This document shows, piece after piece, positions 1-8,596 of a stretch of DNA of 30,600 nucleotides (the first letter of the stretch is position 1; each line of letters opens with the position of its first letter). The notes under the pieces are model-generated. The model saw nothing but the letters and a program-made list of their open reading frames with translations. It had not been told where the DNA came from and made no database searches. This DNA comes from Armatimonadota bacterium. Lineage in GTDB: Bacteria > Armatimonadota > Zipacnadia > Zipacnadales > UBA5352. Location of the stretch: positions 1 through 30,600 of the forward strand of contig JAYENL010000095.1 of the NCBI GenBank assembly GCA_034722055.1. Direction: 5' to 3'. Made by a program: the position numbers and the translations under genes.

Positions 1-14
1 GGGCTGTTGGCCGT

Positions 15-158
15 GGAGGGGCCGCCTGAGGGCGCTCCTCAGGAGCGCGCGAAGTCGGCCCGCTGCAGGCGAAGTGACGCAATCGGCGGCCTGGACGGCC
101 AACGGCCGGGCCGGCTTCGGCTGCAGCAAACAACGCTGGAGCCTCAGGCGGCCCCTCC
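15..158. repeat. Branched palindromic element closed by a 17-bp perfect inverted repeat (MITE/REP-like or structured RNA)
   Basis: GGAGGGGCCGCCTGAGG (15-31) is the exact reverse complement of 142-158. Internal stems: 32-38/42-48, 50-61/108-119, 120-127/135-142. Its first 23 nt (12-34) recur at 26684-26706 with 22/23 identity. Confidence 0.65.
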
Positions 159-264
159 GGACGGCACACAGCGAAGCGCCACTCGCCACGATGTGCGTAA
201 AGGTAAGCATCCGGAACGGGAGGGGGGATGCCCGGCATGGCCGGGCAGGGGGGTGAGGCCTATG

Positions 265-371
265 ACGGCAGCTACCAGCTACGAGCTGCAAGCTGCAAGC
301 AAACGGCCTACGGCAACGACGGCGTACTGCTGGTAACGGCAGCTACAAGCTACGAGCGACAGGCTACGAGC
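265..371 (+). repeat. Two blocks of heptamer tandem repeats (AGCTACN/AGCTGCA)
   Basis: ACGGC-AGCTACC-AGCTACG-AGCTGCA-AGCTGCA-AGC at 265-300 and ACGGC-AGCTACA-AGCTACG-AGCGACA-GGCTACG-AGC at 336-371. Confidence 0.8.
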
Positions 372-458
372 TTGCGGCCGCGAAGGGCAGATACAGGCAG
401 AGAACATCAGACAACGGCAGAGACGGCCGGCGGCGTCGCTGCGCCTGCCACCTGTCGC

Positions 459-514
459 GTAGGTCGGGCTTCCAGCCCGACAACAACCGGGCGGGGGCGT
501 AGCCCCGCCCCTCC
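459..514. repeat. Pair of REP-like palindromes in opposite orientation
   Basis: GTAG + GTCGGGCT-TCC-AGCCCGAC (459-481), and on the minus strand GGAG + GGGCGGGGC-TAC-GCCCCCGCCC (489-514). A tetranucleotide followed by a short palindrome is the GTAG-family REP architecture. Confidence 0.6.
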
Positions 515-566
515 AAACGGCTGGACGACGACGCCGCGGAAAGCAGCGCGCCGTAGAGGTGTCGCG

Positions 567-1721
567 ATGGGCGCGACCATGACGGGCAGAGAGCGGGTGA
601 TGGCGACCTTCGAGGGGCGGCCCGCCGATAAGGTGCCCATCTACTGCGCCGGCCTGTCGAGCCGCATCGCCTCCCACGTGCTCGGCCGGGAGGCCTTCGT
701 GGGCCATGGGATGCAGCGCTACCGGGAGAGCGTGGCGCGGTGGCAGGGAGAGGCGGCGCTGCAGGAGTTCGAGGAGCGCACCCGCACCGACGTGCTGGAG
801 GTCAGCGAGAACCTGGACCTCGACCTGGTGCGGCCCCTGTACTGGCGGTATCCCCGCGACCCCATCGATCGCATCGACGAGTACACCTTCAAGTTCGGAG
901 ATGAGGAGGGACCCTGGTGGGTGATGCGCTTCGATCCGGAGACCGAGCTCTACCAGCAGATCGATCACAGCCCCCGCCCGGAGCCGACCATCGAGGATAT
1001 TGAGCCGCGCGTCGAACAGGTCGAGGCGGGCATCGACGACTACTCGCCGACGGTCGAGAGCTTCCCCGACCTGCTGGCGGCCGTGCAGTACTACGGGGAG
1101 CGGCGGGCCGTCCCAGGCACCGGGATAGGCGTGGCGGTACCCCGGGAGCGGCACTGGCTGGAGGCCATGGTGCTCCGGCCGGAGCTGGTGCGGCGCTACC
1201 TGGTGGCCTGCGCGAAGCGCAACGCCAAGAACCCGCCCGTCATGGCCGAGATGGGCCTGCGCGTGATCCTCGGCGGCGGGGACTTCGCCGGCAAGCACGG
1301 GCCCTTCTACTCCCCGAGGAGCTTCCACGACTGCATGCTGCCGGCGCTGCAGACCATCTCAGAGGCCTGCCATGAGCACGGCTGCTGGCACTTCTTCGCC
1401 AGCGACGGCGACCTCTGGCCGGTCGCCGAGGACCTCTTCGGCAACTCCGGTGCGGACGGCTTCTACGAGATCGACCGCCGGGCGGGCATGGACCTGGAGC
1501 GCCTCCGGGATGAGTACCCGCACCTGCGGCTGATGGGCGGGATCGCCTCGGAGACGCTGCACATGGGGACGGTCGAGGACGTGGTGGAGGAGACCCGCTC
1601 GGCGCTGCAGGTGGCGCGGGAGCGGGGGCGTATCGTGGTGGGGATCTCCAACCAGGTGGTGCCCGCCACGCCTGTGAAGAACTTCGAGGCCATGATGCAG
1701 ACGCTGCACCGTCAGCCGTAG
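567..1721 (+). CDS. Uroporphyrinogen decarboxylase (URO-D)/corrinoid methyltransferase superfamily protein
   Basis: N-terminal MTGRERV..TFEG..AD.VP, GGGDFAGKHGPFYSP, FASDG, L.GGI, G.VEDV.EE..., C-terminal ISNQV...TPV.NF.AM. Start moved to ATG 567, after AGAGGT; the ORF-track extension from 228 crosses non-coding repeats. Confidence 0.8.
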   Translation: MGATMTGRERVMATFEGRPADKVPIYCAGLSSRIASHVLGREAFVGHGMQRYRESVARWQGEAALQEFEERTRTDVLEVSENLDLDLVRPLYWRYPRDPIDRIDEYTFKFGDEEGPWWVMRFDPETELYQQIDHSPRPEPTIEDIEPRVEQVEAGIDDYSPTVESFPDLLAAVQYYGERRAVPGTGIGVAVPRERHWLEAMVLRPELVRRYLVACAKRNAKNPPVMAEMGLRVILGGGDFAGKHGPFYSPRSFHDCMLPALQTISEACHEHGCWHFFASDGDLWPVAEDLFGNSGADGFYEIDRRAGMDLERLRDEYPHLRLMGGIASETLHMGTVEDVVEETRSALQVARERGRIVVGISNQVVPATPVKNFEAMMQTLHRQP

Positions 1722-1734
1722 GAGCACCCGGCAG

Positions 1735-1791
1735 AGAATGATGCGGCTCCGGCGGGGCGAGCCTGCGCCTCTTCCGGAGTCGCATCATTCT
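1735..1791. terminator. 18-bp stem hairpin between convergent genes (possible bidirectional terminator)
   Basis: AGAATGATGCGGCTCCGG (1735-1752) pairs with CCGGAGTCGCATCATTCT (1774-1791) with one G-T. It lies 13 nt after the URO-D stop. No strong U-tract. Confidence 0.55.
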
Positions 1792-1890
1792 GTACTCGCA
1801 CTCATTCGGCCACGCCGACCTTCCTCGTGGCCTCAGGGGGCCACACGCCCGGACACGCCCGGCATAGCCCGGCGAACGCTCGGGGCGGCG

Positions 1891-2127
1891 CTACCAGACG
1901 GTGCCGCTGTCCTGGGCGGGAGCGGCCTTGATGACGACCACGTTGGCCGCCCGAGGGCCCTTGGGGCTGTCCTCGATGTCGAACTCCACCTCCGAGCCCT
2001 CGGTCAGGCTCCGGTAGCCCTCGCCCACGATGGCGGTGTAGTGGACGAAGACATCCTCCCCCTCTTCCTGCTCAATGAAGCCGTAGCCCTTCGCGTCGTC
2101 GAACCACTTGACGATGCCCGTGGCCAT
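1891..2127 (-). CDS. cspA: Cold-shock protein (CSD family)
   Basis: [15 protein letters not shown] (RNP1), DVFVHYTAI (RNP2), [26 protein letters not shown] upstream. Exact csp paralog name uncertain. Confidence 0.95.
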   Translation of the reverse strand: MATGIVKWFDDAKGYGFIEQEEGEDVFVHYTAIVGEGYRSLTEGSEVEFDIEDSPKGPRAANVVVIKAAPAQDSGTVW

Positions 2128-2265
2128 ACAAGCTTCCTCCGTTGAGAGAGGTCTGCGGCCTGCGTGTCGGATCGTCCCCGCACCATAGGAGGCAAGCCCA
2201 TACGGCGCACGGCGAACGACGACACCACGCGGTGGCAGTACAAGCCGCCGAACAGTCTATTTCAG

Positions 2266-2294
2266 ATTATATTGCTGAGGTGACGAAAGCGCAA
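2266..2294 (-). promoter_or_regulatory. Sigma70-type promoter of the csp gene
   Basis: Minus strand TTGCGC-N17-TATAAT (-35 at 2289-2294, -10 at 2266-2271). Implies a 5' UTR of about 130 nt. Confidence 0.75.
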
Positions 2295-2389
2295 GGAAAG
2301 AAGCGGATTCCGCCAAGCGGTCACCGAACCACAAGCTCCGCAGCGCCCGCTACCGGCGGGCGATGCGCAGGAGAGCTCGGTTCAGGGCG

Positions 2390-2710
2390 TCAAGAGGTGT
2401 TCTCCTCGCCCGGCAGCGGCTCGCCCTCGTGCAGGTGAGCGGCCTCGCGCTCCTCCTCGAACTGCGCCGCCTGGACGTTGACGGCCTTCACCGAGATGTG
2501 CGTGATCCAGGCCATGAAGACTACAAACATGAGGCCGCCCACGAAGGTCAGCATCCTCCCGCCGCCCACGTACATAATCACCACGGCGGCGAGGCCGAAG
2601 AGCAACGCTGCGATGAGCATCGGCTTGTTGACGGAGGTATGCAGGTCATGCACGCCCCACTCGTCCTGGGGCAGCAGAACCCCCGCCTCCCGCAGGTCCT
2701 TAAGTGACAT
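2390..2710 (-). CDS. Small hypothetical membrane protein (2 TM helices)
   Basis: 106 aa with two hydrophobic segments and an acidic tail. It follows the permease stop after a 21-nt gap, with a GGAAAGGGA RBS. Confidence 0.75.
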   Translation of the reverse strand: MSLKDLREAGVLLPQDEWGVHDLHTSVNKPMLIAALLFGLAAVVIMYVGGGRMLTFVGGLMFVVFMAWITHISVKAVNVQAAQFEEEREAAHLHEGEPLPGEENTS

Positions 2711-2731
2711 GGCGATCCCTTTCCATCCCCG

Positions 2732-5119
2732 CTACGGGACGATCTCCTCCTCGGTGTCCCAGAAGAACTGGAAGAACTGAGAGACGTTGAACTTCAGGCG
2801 CCCGCCGCGGAGGTTGACCAGCATCAGCGGGCAGTCCACCTGTTCGGCGACGCGGGCCGTCTTGTCGCCCCAGACCTTTCGGCGGATCCAGCTTTCGCGG
2901 GAGGCGCCCATCATCAGCAGGTCGAAGTTCCTGGAGCGTTCCACGATGCTCTGCGTCACGTCCCCGGTCTCGATCCGGATGCGGAAGCGCTGCGTGCGCC
3001 GGCCATCAGTCACGCCCTCCGCCGCCTCCGCGTCCACGAAACTGATGGCCTCCTTGAGCGCGGCGGCGCGCTCGGCGCGCTCCCGGGGCGTAAGCTCCTC
3101 GCCGACCACGTGCATCAGCTCGATGTAGGCCTCTTCATCCTGGGCCATCGGCGCCGCCAGGCCGGCTATCAGGTGCCCGTGGCGGGGATGCTGGACGGGC
3201 ACCAGGATACGGCTGGCGGGGAGCTTCACGTCGCCGCGCACGACGACGACGTTGCTGTGCGATTCCTTTACGATCTTGTCGATGTTGCTGCCGACGACCG
3301 TGCGGGGGTCGGTGGACCTGCCGCGCCAGCCCATGACCACGAAGTTGCAGCCCTGCTCCTCGATAGTATCGATGATGGCGTCAGCGGGGCGATGTCCGAC
3401 CCGGACCAGCATGTTGGGCGTCATGCCCATGTCTTCGGCCTTTCGCGCAGTCTCGTCCATGATCGGCCTTGCGTCGGAGACGAAGTCCCGGCCCACGCTG
3501 ACGGGAAGCTGGTCGGGCACAGTGATCACGTGCAGCAGGATCAGCTCCCCCGGCTCGGTGGCCAGGATGGACTTGGCGACGGCCAGCAGGTTGTCCACCG
3601 TCTTGGGATTGGCGACGGGCACCAGAACCGAGAAGCGCTCGCGATCGACCTTGAGCCGCTCCTCTACGAGCACAGGCGTCACCTCCTCCTCGCGCTCACG
3701 CTGTACCACCGAGAGGTAGTAGATGCCTGCGCCTCCCGCAAGCCAGCCAATTGTGACGTACCACGCGATCGGTGAGACCCTAAACAGCACGATGGCCAAG
3801 GCGAACTTGAGCACGATCCCCAAGATCGGGAGGTAGGGGAAGAACGGTGTGAGGTAGCCGTAGGCCAGCTTGTCGCCGTATTTCTGGCGGATGGTGAGCA
3901 CGGCCACATTGACTTGTGTGAACAGCAGCAAGAACATGATATCCGCGGCTGCCGCCACATCATGTATGTGCGGGATGAAGACGAGCATACTGATGATGAG
4001 GGCGCCGGAAAGAAGCAAGGCAAGGTGTGGTGTGCGGGTTCTCGGGTGCACCGCCCCGAAGACGTCGGGGAGATTGCGGTCGCGTCCCATGGCGAAGGAG
4101 ACGCGCGTGGAGGAGTAGGTGGTGGCGTTGAGGGCGCTCACCGTGGAGAACAACGCGCCTATCAGCAAGAGGATGCTGCCAAGCGGCATGAACTGCTCCG
4201 CCGCCCGGGCGAGACCCAGCTCTCCGGCATTGCCCAGCCACTGCCAGGTCGGGGTGGCGTCGCCCGTCTGCACGGCGCCAACGCAGACCAATGCCACCAG
4301 CATGTAGATTGGCACCACGATCAGCAGGGCCAGGAAGACCGCCTTCGGGATGTTACGCCGCGGGCTCTCAACCTCTTCGCCCGCCTGCACAATGATCTCG
4401 TATCCCTCGAAGGCGATGAACGTCAGGCCCATCGCAGAGAAGATGCCTGCAAGCCCCCTTGGGGCGAATGATGGGTCATAGAACGACCGCATCCTCTCGG
4501 GGTCGCCAAAGATCGCCACGAGACCGCTGGCGATGAATAGGGCGATGATGATGATCTTCCCCATCGTGACGATGTTGCCGGCCATCCCGGTCTCGGACGC
4601 ACCGCGGAAGTTGATGTAGATGAAGACAACCGCAATGAGCACAGCGAGGCCCTTCTTCACAATGGAGGCTGCGACGACGGCCGATCCGACTCGGAGAAGC
4701 TCGCCGCCGTCCATCCACTCGACCGCCCCGAAGAAGGCCACCGTCTCCACCAGGTAGGAGGCGAATCCGAGCGCGTAGAGACTGCCGGCCACGGCGTGGG
4801 CGAACCAGCTCATCCAGCCCGCGAAGAACGCGTTGCTGCCCGGCAGGCCCTGGCGGACCCACAGGTAGCCGCCGCCAGCCTCCGGGATGGCCGAGCCCAG
4901 CTCGGCGTAGACCATCGCCGTGACCAGCGTGACCACGCCGTTGAGGGCGAAGGCCACGATCAGCGCAGGGCCCGCCTCACCGGCCGCGATGCCCGTGAGC
5001 ACGAAGATGCCCGCACCCACCATGGCCGCCACGCCGACCATCGTGATATCGAAAAGCCCCAGATCGCGGCTGAGCTGTGTGGGTGGAGCGTATGTGTCGC
5101 CGGCCTGCTGCTGCGCCAT
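2732..5119 (-). CDS. APC-superfamily amino acid permease with two C-terminal universal stress protein (USP) domains
   Basis: GVAAMVGAGIF, YAELGSAIPEAGGGY, FIAFEGYE, EEVESPRRNIPKA, RVSFAMGRD..LP; about 12 TM segments. USP-like motifs VLVPVANP...VVMGWRG...VGSNIDKIV and ILVPV...DLLMMGAS...WG. Confidence 0.9.
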   Translation of the reverse strand: MAQQQAGDTYAPPTQLSRDLGLFDITMVGVAAMVGAGIFVLTGIAAGEAGPALIVAFALNGVVTLVTAMVYAELGSAIPEAGGGYLWVRQGLPGSNAFFAGWMSWFAHAVAGSLYALGFASYLVETVAFFGAVEWMDGGELLRVGSAVVAASIVKKGLAVLIAVVFIYINFRGASETGMAGNIVTMGKIIIIALFIASGLVAIFGDPERMRSFYDPSFAPRGLAGIFSAMGLTFIAFEGYEIIVQAGEEVESPRRNIPKAVFLALLIVVPIYMLVALVCVGAVQTGDATPTWQWLGNAGELGLARAAEQFMPLGSILLLIGALFSTVSALNATTYSSTRVSFAMGRDRNLPDVFGAVHPRTRTPHLALLLSGALIISMLVFIPHIHDVAAAADIMFLLLFTQVNVAVLTIRQKYGDKLAYGYLTPFFPYLPILGIVLKFALAIVLFRVSPIAWYVTIGWLAGGAGIYYLSVVQREREEEVTPVLVEERLKVDRERFSVLVPVANPKTVDNLLAVAKSILATEPGELILLHVITVPDQLPVSVGRDFVSDARPIMDETARKAEDMGMTPNMLVRVGHRPADAIIDTIEEQGCNFVVMGWRGRSTDPRTVVGSNIDKIVKESHSNVVVVRGDVKLPASRILVPVQHPRHGHLIAGLAAPMAQDEEAYIELMHVVGEELTPRERAERAAALKEAISFVDAEAAEGVTDGRRTQRFRIRIETGDVTQSIVERSRNFDLLMMGASRESWIRRKVWGDKTARVAEQVDCPLMLVNLRGGRLKFNVSQFFQFFWDTEEEIVP

Positions 5120-5243
5120 CCGCCTGCCTCTGCTCCCTCGAGTCCTGCCCCAATCTCATCCGACAGCACGCACGCCGCCCATCGTACAGCCGCCCTCGCA
5201 TGTGAGAAGACCGGTCAGTGGAGGGCGGCGCAGGGCGAGGGGA

Positions 5244-5272
5244 AATGTACCATGGGGCCGGTGGTCTGTCAA
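5244..5272 (-). promoter_or_regulatory. Sigma70-type promoter of the permease operon
   Basis: Minus strand TTGACA-N17-TACATT with an extended -10 TG (-35 at 5267-5272, -10 at 5244-5249). Confidence 0.7.
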
Positions 5273-5353
5273 ATATCGCATGCGTAAACGCGGACCTGCC
5301 CGACCCGCCAGCGAGGCACGAGAGGGAGGTGCTGGAGGCGCTTACCAGGCCTC

Positions 5354-5382
5354 TTGCTGCCGCCCGGCTCATGTGATAGTAT
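5354..5382 (+). promoter_or_regulatory. Putative promoter of the glycosyltransferase/exosortase operon
   Basis: TTGCTG-N17-TAGTAT with TG at the extended -10 position, 41 nt before ATG 5424. Confidence 0.5.
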
Positions 5383-5423
5383 CCCGGCTGATCGCGACCC
5401 CGAAGCGTGGAAGGACCGCCCGT

Positions 5424-7043
5424 ATGCGAGCCGATGAGGCCCAGCGCGAGACCCGGCGCCGACTGCTGTTGGCTGTGCTGCTGGTGGCGGGAATCGCCCT
5501 GGTCTACCTGCTCTACAACGTCAGTCGCTTCGATCGTGTAACGAACGTCAACGCCATGGACTACGCCCAGATCGCGCGGCACGTGTTGCGCGGCGAGGGC
5601 TTCACCACCAGCTTCATCAAGCCGCTGAGTCTGCTCTCCCATCGCAGCGTCGAGAACCATCCGGACCTGAGCTACCCGCCGATGCACATACTCTGGACCG
5701 CCGGCCTCATGAAGCTGTTGGGGCCCACCGACAGGGCCGTCTCCCACAGCTCGGGGCTGGCATTCCTGCTGACCATGCCCGTGATGTTCATCCTGGCCCT
5801 GCGGCTCTTCGACTGGCGAACGGCGGTGCTGGGGACGGCGGTCTTCGGCACGCACTTTGCTAACCTCGGCTACGCCGTCTCGGGCCTGGAGGCGTCCCTG
5901 CTGACGCTGGAGGTAACGCTTCTGATCCTCGTCGTGTACAGGGCCTCCGCCGGCGACCGACACGAGATGGCGTGGGTGGCCCTGGCAGGCCTGATCGCGG
6001 GCCTCATCTACATGACCAAGTACGTCTGGCTGGCCGGGGCCTTGCCGGTGGCGGTCTACCTGGCGCTGATGCGCCCGGAGCGGCGCCTCGCGCGCGTGGC
6101 TGTGTTCGTGGCTGTGATCGCGGTCGTGTCCGTCCCCTGGCTCTACCGCAACTACCGCCTCACCGGGAACCCGTTCTTCACCCTGCGCGTGCACGAGATG
6201 ATCGGCCGGACGCGGGCCTTCCCCGCCAACAGCATCTATCGCAGGTTCTCGGAGCAGATCCCCAGCTACCTGGTGTTCGCGGCCGACAATCCCCGGGCCG
6301 TCTTCGAGAAGGTACGTCAGGACTTCAGCCGCCTCTACCGCACCTTCCACGACCTCGGTGGCGCCTTCGTGACGCCATTCTTCCTGGTGGGAGTGCTGGT
6401 TCGGCTGGGCAACGACCGAGTGGAGCGACTGCGCTACCTGGTCTACGGGATGCTGGCGGCGGTGTCGATCGTCCTGATGCTTGTGATGGCGTCGCCGCGA
6501 CTGGTGGCGCCGCTGGGACCGATCGCTACCATCCTGGCCGTCTTCTTCTTCTGGCGCCTGCTCGAGGCCCGGCTGCAGTCGGCCGAGGAGCGGGCGCGTA
6601 CCCGGTGGACGGCGCTGGCGGTGGGTGCGCTGATCCTGCTGCACGTGCACCCGTTCGTCACCGAGGTGACCCCCGACGAGCCATGGTATGAGGCGGGCGA
6701 GCAGCCGGTGGAGACGGCCATGAAGCAGCTCCAGGGCCAGGTCGATGATGTCCTGCTCACGGATGTGCCCTGGCAGGCGGCCTGGATGGCGGACATGGAC
6801 GCGGTATGGGTGCCGCAGACCAAGGCGGACCTGAACAGGCTGGAGGACGCCGTCGGCCGCTTCCGCTGGCTGCTGCTGACACCGGCGGTGGCGCGAATGG
6901 CGGCGCCGGAGGGGCTGGAGGAGTGGGCGAAGTTCTGGGCGCAGGCCCAGCAGGGGGATGCAGAGTACCTCGGCTTCGTCCCGGCGGCGCGGCTGGGTAA
7001 CGGGCGCTTCATCCTGATGCGCCGGCTGCCCGAACGGGACTGA
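5424..7043 (+). CDS. GT-C fold membrane glycosyltransferase (ArnT/PMT-like, GT39/GT83-like)
   Basis: N-terminal TM followed by AMDYAQIARH...GEGF, YPP, LAGL..GL.YMTKY, PWLYRNY.LTGNPF; many TM segments. Start set at ATG 5424 because the ORF-track start (4920) overlaps the permease. Confidence 0.8.
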   Translation: MRADEAQRETRRRLLLAVLLVAGIALVYLLYNVSRFDRVTNVNAMDYAQIARHVLRGEGFTTSFIKPLSLLSHRSVENHPDLSYPPMHILWTAGLMKLLGPTDRAVSHSSGLAFLLTMPVMFILALRLFDWRTAVLGTAVFGTHFANLGYAVSGLEASLLTLEVTLLILVVYRASAGDRHEMAWVALAGLIAGLIYMTKYVWLAGALPVAVYLALMRPERRLARVAVFVAVIAVVSVPWLYRNYRLTGNPFFTLRVHEMIGRTRAFPANSIYRRFSEQIPSYLVFAADNPRAVFEKVRQDFSRLYRTFHDLGGAFVTPFFLVGVLVRLGNDRVERLRYLVYGMLAAVSIVLMLVMASPRLVAPLGPIATILAVFFFWRLLEARLQSAEERARTRWTALAVGALILLHVHPFVTEVTPDEPWYEAGEQPVETAMKQLQGQVDDVLLTDVPWQAAWMADMDAVWVPQTKADLNRLEDAVGRFRWLLLTPAVARMAAPEGLEEWAKFWAQAQQGDAEYLGFVPAARLGNGRFILMRRLPERD

Positions 7044-7056
7044 GGGCGGTGAGGGG

Positions 7057-7689
7057 ATGACGCTGGGCGGCGACGAGGTCGCACCTGATGAGGCCGCACA
7101 AGATGAGGCCGTGCGGGAGGACCAGAGTGGGGCCCTCCAGTACGCCTGCCTCAGATGCGGGGCACGCGTGCCGCAGGGCAGCACGTCATGCCCGAACTGC
7201 GGAAGACCCGTGCACCGTATCTGTCCCTGTGGATGGCATCTTCCTTCGGGCGAGACCACCTGCCCCAACTGCGGCGCCAGCTACCCCATTGAGGTCCGCG
7301 AGAGGCGGAGGTCGCGCAGCCGCACCGTGAGCCGGGAGCGCGCCGTGCGCTACGCCCTCGGAGGCGCCCTCGTGGCGCTGGTGGCGGCGGCCGTGATCTA
7401 CCTGCTGATCACGGGCCTGGCCCTGGTGGCCGTCGAAGACCGGGGAGCGCTGCCCAGTGACCCCGCCAGCCGGGTGGGCCTGGCTGTCGAGGGCCTGGCC
7501 CAGATGGTGGTCAACGCGGTGCAGCAGATTGGTCGCTATCTCAAGCCGCTGCTGACTGTGCTGGCCGTCATGGCGGTGGGGGCGGCCGGCGGTCTCGGAT
7601 ACTATCTGCTCTCCTTGAGATTCCGCTCAAGGCGGACGAGGAACAGCTCCAGGAACAGGAACGTGCGGCGGAAGCGTCGCCGCATCTGA
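7057..7689 (+). CDS. Double zinc-ribbon membrane protein
   Basis: CLRCG, CPNCG, CPCG and CPNCG motifs, then two TM helices and a strongly basic C-terminal tail. GAGGGG RBS. Confidence 0.8.
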   Translation: MTLGGDEVAPDEAAQDEAVREDQSGALQYACLRCGARVPQGSTSCPNCGRPVHRICPCGWHLPSGETTCPNCGASYPIEVRERRRSRSRTVSRERAVRYALGGALVALVAAAVIYLLITGLALVAVEDRGALPSDPASRVGLAVEGLAQMVVNAVQQIGRYLKPLLTVLAVMAVGAAGGLGYYLLSLRFRSRRTRNSSRNRNVRRKRRRI

Positions 7690-7702
7690 CAGGGCATTGG
7701 GA

Positions 7703-8596
7703 ATGAGTGGCGCGGACTCTGAGATCACACCGGCCGCTGAGAGCCCGACCGGGCGGAGGGATGATCGCCTGCTCTCGCCCCTCACGGCCATCGTTGCGGT
7801 TCTGCTTGTGGTCTGCTTCGCACCCTACCTCAAGTGGATGTGGGAGATCTGGATGCGGAGCGCCTACTACGGGCACGGCCCCCTTATCCCGCTCATCTCC
7901 GCCTACATCGTCTACAGCCGCCGCAAGGACTTCCTGGCGGCGAAGGGCGGCCACGAGCGATGGGGCATCCCCATCCTGGGAGCGGGGCTGGTCATCTATG
8001 CGGTGGCCGTCTACTGGGACGTGAACTTCCCCCAGGGCTTCGCCATGGTCATGGTGATCGGCGGACTGACACTGCTCCTGTGGGGCTGGGGGCGGGCCAA
8101 GGTGCTGGCCTTCCCCATCCTCTTCCTGGTCTTCATGGTGCCCACCGGCCGGCTGCTGGTGACGCAGTTCTCCAACCCCCTGCAGATGCACGCCGCCGGC
8201 ATCGCCGCCACTGCGGCCTCGTTCTTCGGCGTCCCCACCAAGCTCCACGGCACCACCATCATGATCCCGGACTACACATTCGAGGTCGCCGAGCCCTGCA
8301 GCGGCCTGAAGTCAGCCATTGCCATGACGGCCCTGGCGGCCCTGCTCGCCTACCTGGTGAAGGCCCCCATGTGGAAGCGCCTGCTGCTGTTCGTGGCAGG
8401 CGTTCCCATCGCCCTGCTTGCCAACTCCGTGCGCATCACCTTCACGCTCTTCCTCGGTCGGGCCTTTGGGGAGGGGGCCGCGGAGGGGTTCTTCCACACC
8501 GCCTCCGGGATGATGGTCTTCCTGCTGGGGCTGCTGGGGCTGTTCGGCGTCACAAAGGTGCTCAGATGCGATCACATGCGAAGCGACATCTGGTAG
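7703..8596 (+). CDS. Exosortase (EpsH family)
   Basis: YYGHGPLIP, FLVFMVP, and the Cys-Arg-His triad in EVAEPCSGL / LANSVRI / FFHTASG; multi-pass membrane protein. Confidence 0.92.
   Translation: MSGADSEITPAAESPTGRRDDRLLSPLTAIVAVLLVVCFAPYLKWMWEIWMRSAYYGHGPLIPLISAYIVYSRRKDFLAAKGGHERWGIPILGAGLVIYAVAVYWDVNFPQGFAMVMVIGGLTLLLWGWGRAKVLAFPILFLVFMVPTGRLLVTQFSNPLQMHAAGIAATAASFFGVPTKLHGTTIMIPDYTFEVAEPCSGLKSAIAMTALAALLAYLVKAPMWKRLLLFVAGVPIALLANSVRITFTLFLGRAFGEGAAEGFFHTASGMMVFLLGLLGLFGVTKVLRCDHMRSDIW

Noticed and set aside
265..371. Possible CRISPR array
   Set aside because: Only two degenerate units with internal 7-nt periodicity, no regular repeat-spacer pattern and no cas genes.
228..566. N-terminal extension of the URO-D ORF
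   Set aside because: Runs through tandem and palindromic repeats; family-like sequence and an RBS begin at 567.
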